Assembly (NCBI GenBank): GCA_002269645.1
Contig: NIVC01003754.1
Span: 14,804-78,803, forward strand
From: Macrostomum lignano
Lineage: Eukaryota
Direction of reading: 5' to 3'
DNA length: 64,000 bases
Shown piece after piece: positions 59,580 to 64,000 of the stretch. Each line of letters opens with the position of its first letter. Positions within the stretch are counted from its first letter, which is position 1. The position numbers and the translations under genes were made by a program. The notes under the pieces are model-generated. The model was not told where the DNA came from, did no database searches, and worked only from the letters and a program-made list of their open reading frames with translations.

Positions 59580-62500
59580 TTCTATGATTTTTTCTTGACC
59601 CTTCTATGATTTTTACATGACGCTTCTATGATTTTTTACATGACGCTTCTATGATTTTTTACATGACGCTTCTACGATTTTTTACATGACGCTTCTATGA
59701 TTGTTTACATGACGCTTCTATGATTGTTTACATGACGCTTCTATGATTGTTTACATGACGCTTCTATGATTTTTTTAAATAACGCTTCTATGATTTTTAT
59801 ATGACGCTTCTACGAATTTTACATGACGCTTCTATGATTGTTTACATGACGCTTCTATGATTTTTTAAATTACGCTTCTATGATTTTTAAATGACGCTTC
59901 TATAATTTTTAAATGACGCTTCTATGATTGTTTACATGACGCTTCTGTGATTTTTTAATGACGCTTCTATGATTGTTTACATGACGCTTCTATGATTGTT
60001 TACATGACGCTTCTATGATTGTTTACATGACGCTTTATGATTGTTTAATGACGCTTCTATAATTTTTTACATGACGCTTCTATGATTTTTTAAATGACGC
60101 TTCTATGATTTTTATATGACGCTTTAAATTTTTTACATGACGCTTCTATGATTGTTACATGACGCTTCTATGATTTTTACATGACGCTTCTATGATTGTT
60201 TACATGACGCTTCTATGATTTTTATATGACGCTTCTATGATTGTTTACATGACGCTTCTATGATTTTTTAAATTACGCTTCTTGATTTTTAAAATGACGC
60301 TTCTATGATTTTTAAATGAGCTTCTATAATTTTTACATGACGCTTCTATGATTTTTAAATGACGCTCTATGATTTTTATATGACGCTTTACGATTTTTAC
60401 ATGACGCTTCTATGATTTTTTAAATGATGCTTCTATGATTTTTATATGACGCTTTTACGATTTTTTACATGACGCTTCTATGATTGTTTACATGACGCTT
60501 CTATGATTTTTATATGACGCTTCTATGATTTTTTACATGACGCTTCTATGATTGTTTACATGACGCTTCTATGATTTTTATATGACGCTTCTATGATTGT
60601 TTACATGACGCTTCTATGATTTTTAATGACGCTTCTATGATTTTTACATGACGCTTCTATGATTTTTTACATGACGCTTCTATGATTGTTTACATGACGC
60701 TTCATGATTGTTTACATGACGCTTCTATGATTTTTACATGACGCTTCTATGATTTTTTACATGACGCTTCTATGATTGTTTACATGACGCTTCTATGATT
60801 TACATGACGCTTCTATGATTGTTTACATGACGCTTCTATGATTTTTACATGACGCTTCTATGATTTTTATGACGCTTCTATGATTTTTAAATGACGCTTC
60901 TATGATTGTTTACATGACGCTTCTATGATTTTACATGACGCTTCTATGATTGTTTACATGACGCTTCTATGATTTTTAAATGACGCTTCTATGATTGTTT
61001 ACATCGCTTCTTTTTTTTAATGACGCTTCTATTGATTTACATGACGCTTCTATGATTTTTAAATGACGCTTCTATGATTGTTTACATGACGCTTCTATGA
61101 TTTTTCATGACGCTTCTATGATTGTTTACATGACGCTTTATGATTGTTCACATGACGCTTCTATGATTTTTACATGACGCTTCTATGATTTTTTAATGAC
61201 GCTTCTATGATTTTTATATGACGCTTCTACGATTTTTTACATGACGCTTCTATGATTTTTAATGACGCTTCTATGATTTTTATATGACGCTTCTATGATT
61301 TTTACATGACGCTTCTATGATTGTTTACATGACGCTTCTATGATTGTTTACATGACGCTTCTATGATTGTTTACATGACGCTTCTATGATTGTTTACATG
61401 ACGCTTCTATGATTTTTAATGACGCTTCTATGATTGTTTACATGACGCTTCTATGATTTTTAAATTGACGCTTCTATGATTTTTAAATGACGCTTCTATG
61501 ATTTTTAAATGACGCTTCTATGATTGTTTACATGACGCTTCTATGATTTTTAAATGACGCTTCTATGATTGTTTACATGACGCTTCTATGATTTTTACAT
61601 GACGCTTCTATGATTGTTTACATGACGCTTCTATGATTTTTTACATGACGCTTCTATGATTTTTATATGACGCTTCTACGATTTTTTACATGACGCTTCT
61701 ATGATTTTTTAAATGATGCTTCTATGATTTTTATATGACGCTTCTATGATTTTTTACATGACGCTTCTATTGATTGTTTACATGACGCTTCTATGATTGT
61801 TTACATGACGCTTCTATGATTTTTACATGACGCTTCTATGATTGTTTACATGACGCTTCTATGATTTTTATATGACGCTTCTATGATTGTTTACATGACG
61901 CTTCTATGATTTTTACATGACGCTTCTATGATTTTTACATGACGCTTCTATGATTGTTACATGACGCTTCTATTGATTTTTACATGACGCTTCTATGATT
62001 TTTTAATGACGCTTCTATGATTGTTTATATGACGCTTCTGATTTTTACATGACGCTTCTATGATGTTTACATGACGCTTCTATGATTTTTAAATGACGCT
62101 TCTATGATTGTTTACATGACGCTTCTATGATTTTTATATGACGCTTCTATGATTGTTTACATGACGCTTCTATGATTGTTTACATGACGCTTCTATGATT
62201 GTTTACATGACGCTTCTATGATTTTTTACATGACGCTTCTATAATTTTTACATGACGCTTCTATGATTTTTAATGACGCTTCTATGATTTTTTACATGAC
62301 GCTTTTACGATTTTTTACATGACGCTTCTATGATTGTTTACATGACTTCTTCTATGATTTTTACATGACGCTTCTATGATTGTTTACATGACGCTTCTAT
62401 GATTTTTATATGACGCTTCTATGATTGTTTACATGACGCTTCTATGATTTTTAAATGACGCTTCTTTGATTTTAAATGACGCTTCTATGATTTTATAAAT

Positions 62501-64000
62501 GACGCTTCTATAATTTTTTACATGACGCTTCTATGATTTTTAAATGACGCTTCTATGATTTTTATATGGACGCTTCTACGATTTTTTACATGACGCTTCT
62601 ATGATTTTTACATGACGCTTCTATGATTTACATGACGCTTCTATGATTTTTACATGACGCTTCTATGATTGTTTACATGACGCTTCTATGATTGTTTACA
62701 TGACGCTTCTATGATTTTTTACATGACGCTTCTATGATTGTTTACATGACGCTTCTATGATTTTATATGACGCTTCTATGATTTTTACATGACGCTTCTA
62801 TGATTGTTTACATGACGCTTCTATGATTGTTTATATGACGCTTCTATGATTGTTTACATGACGCTCTATGATTTTTACATGACGCTTTATGATTGTTTAC
62901 ATGACGCTTCTATGATTGTTTACATGACGCTTCTATGATTTTTACATGACGCTTCTATGATTGTTTACATGACGCTTCTATGATTGTTTACATGACGCTT
63001 CTATGATTTTTAAATGACGCTTTTATGATTTTACATGACGCTTCTACGATTTTTTACATGACGCTTCTATGATTTTTTAAATGACGCTTCTATGATTTTA
63101 TATGACGCTTCTACGATTTTTACATGACGCTTCTATGATTTTTAATGCGCTTCTATGATTTTTATATGACGCTTCTACGATTTTTTACATGACGCTTCTA
63201 TGATTGTTTAATGACGCTTCTATGATTGTTTACATGACGCTTCTATGATTTTTTACATGACGCTTCTATGATTGTTTACATGACGCTTCTATGATTTTTA
63301 TATGACGCTTCTATGATTGTTTTACATGACGCTTCTATAGATTTTTTAATTACGCTTCTATGATTTTTAATGACGCTTCTATGATTTTTAAATGACGCTT
63401 CTATGATTGTTTACATGACGCTTCTATGATTTTTACATGACGCTTCTATGATTGTTTACATGACGCTTCTATGATTGTTCACATGACGCTTCTATAATTT
63501 TTACATGACGCTTCTATGATTTTTAAATGACGCTTCTATGATTTTATGACGCACTACGATTTTTACATGACGCTTCTATGATTGTTACATGACGCTTCTA
63601 TGATTTTTAATGACGCTTCTATGATTGTTTACATGACGCTTCTTGATTTTTTAAATGACGCTTCTATTTTTTACATGACGCTTCTATGATTGTTTACATG
63701 ACGCTTCTATGATTTTACATGACGCTTTCTATGATTGTTTTACATGACGCTTCTATAATTTTTTACATGACGCTTCTATGATTTTTTAAATGACGCTTCT
63801 ATGATTTTTATATGACGCTTTTGACGATTTTTACATGACGCTTCTATGATTTACATGACGCTTCTATGATTTTTTACATGACGCTTCTATGATTTTTACA
63901 TGACGCTTCTATGATTTTTACATGACGCTTCTATGATTTTTTAAATGACGCTTCTATGATTTTTATATGACGCTTCTACGATTTTTTACAATGACGCTTC
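59580..64000. repeat. 23-bp satellite, array 3 (>4.4 kb, truncated by window)
   Basis: Directly visible. Frequent 1-bp indels may partly be sequencing error. Confidence 0.97.

Larger units (their letters stand above)
58356..64000 (-). mobile_element. Helitron-like element, copy 2 (runs off the window)
   Basis: Same CTAG plus hairpin 3' end (58356-58359). ~58356-58980 is highly similar to 53107-54135 minus the MITE. Confidence 0.8.

Overview
This is repeat-dense animal DNA with spliceosomal introns and TTAGGG repeats. The style suggests an invertebrate, possibly a flatworm, but that cannot be confirmed from sequence. One probable host gene is present: a 4-exon C2H2 zinc-finger gene on + (36947-43974). 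Nearly everything else is transposon-derived. (i) An apparently intact 6.7-kb CACTA/EnSpm element (19883-26611) has TIRs, a TA TSD, a 635-aa transposase and a 7-exon TnpA-like gene; its empty site is elsewhere in the window. (ii) A five-level nest of TIR elements spans 11303-19337, each level with its own TSD; one level is a 9-bp-TSD (Mutator-like) element carrying a USP-type deubiquitinase fragment. (iii) A non-autonomous Helitron-like family (8111-~9830, 53107-58355, 58356->64000) occurs head-to-tail and carries 23-bp satellite arrays, a tRNA-derived Pol III-like cassette and, in two copies, TTAGGG runs. (iv) There are also a decayed PHD-MULE transposase, a decayed RTE-type retrotransposon, several MITEs and tandem repeats. 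All calls come from manual reading and translation; no database searches were run. Family names rest on motif recognition, and coordinates marked ~ are approximate.
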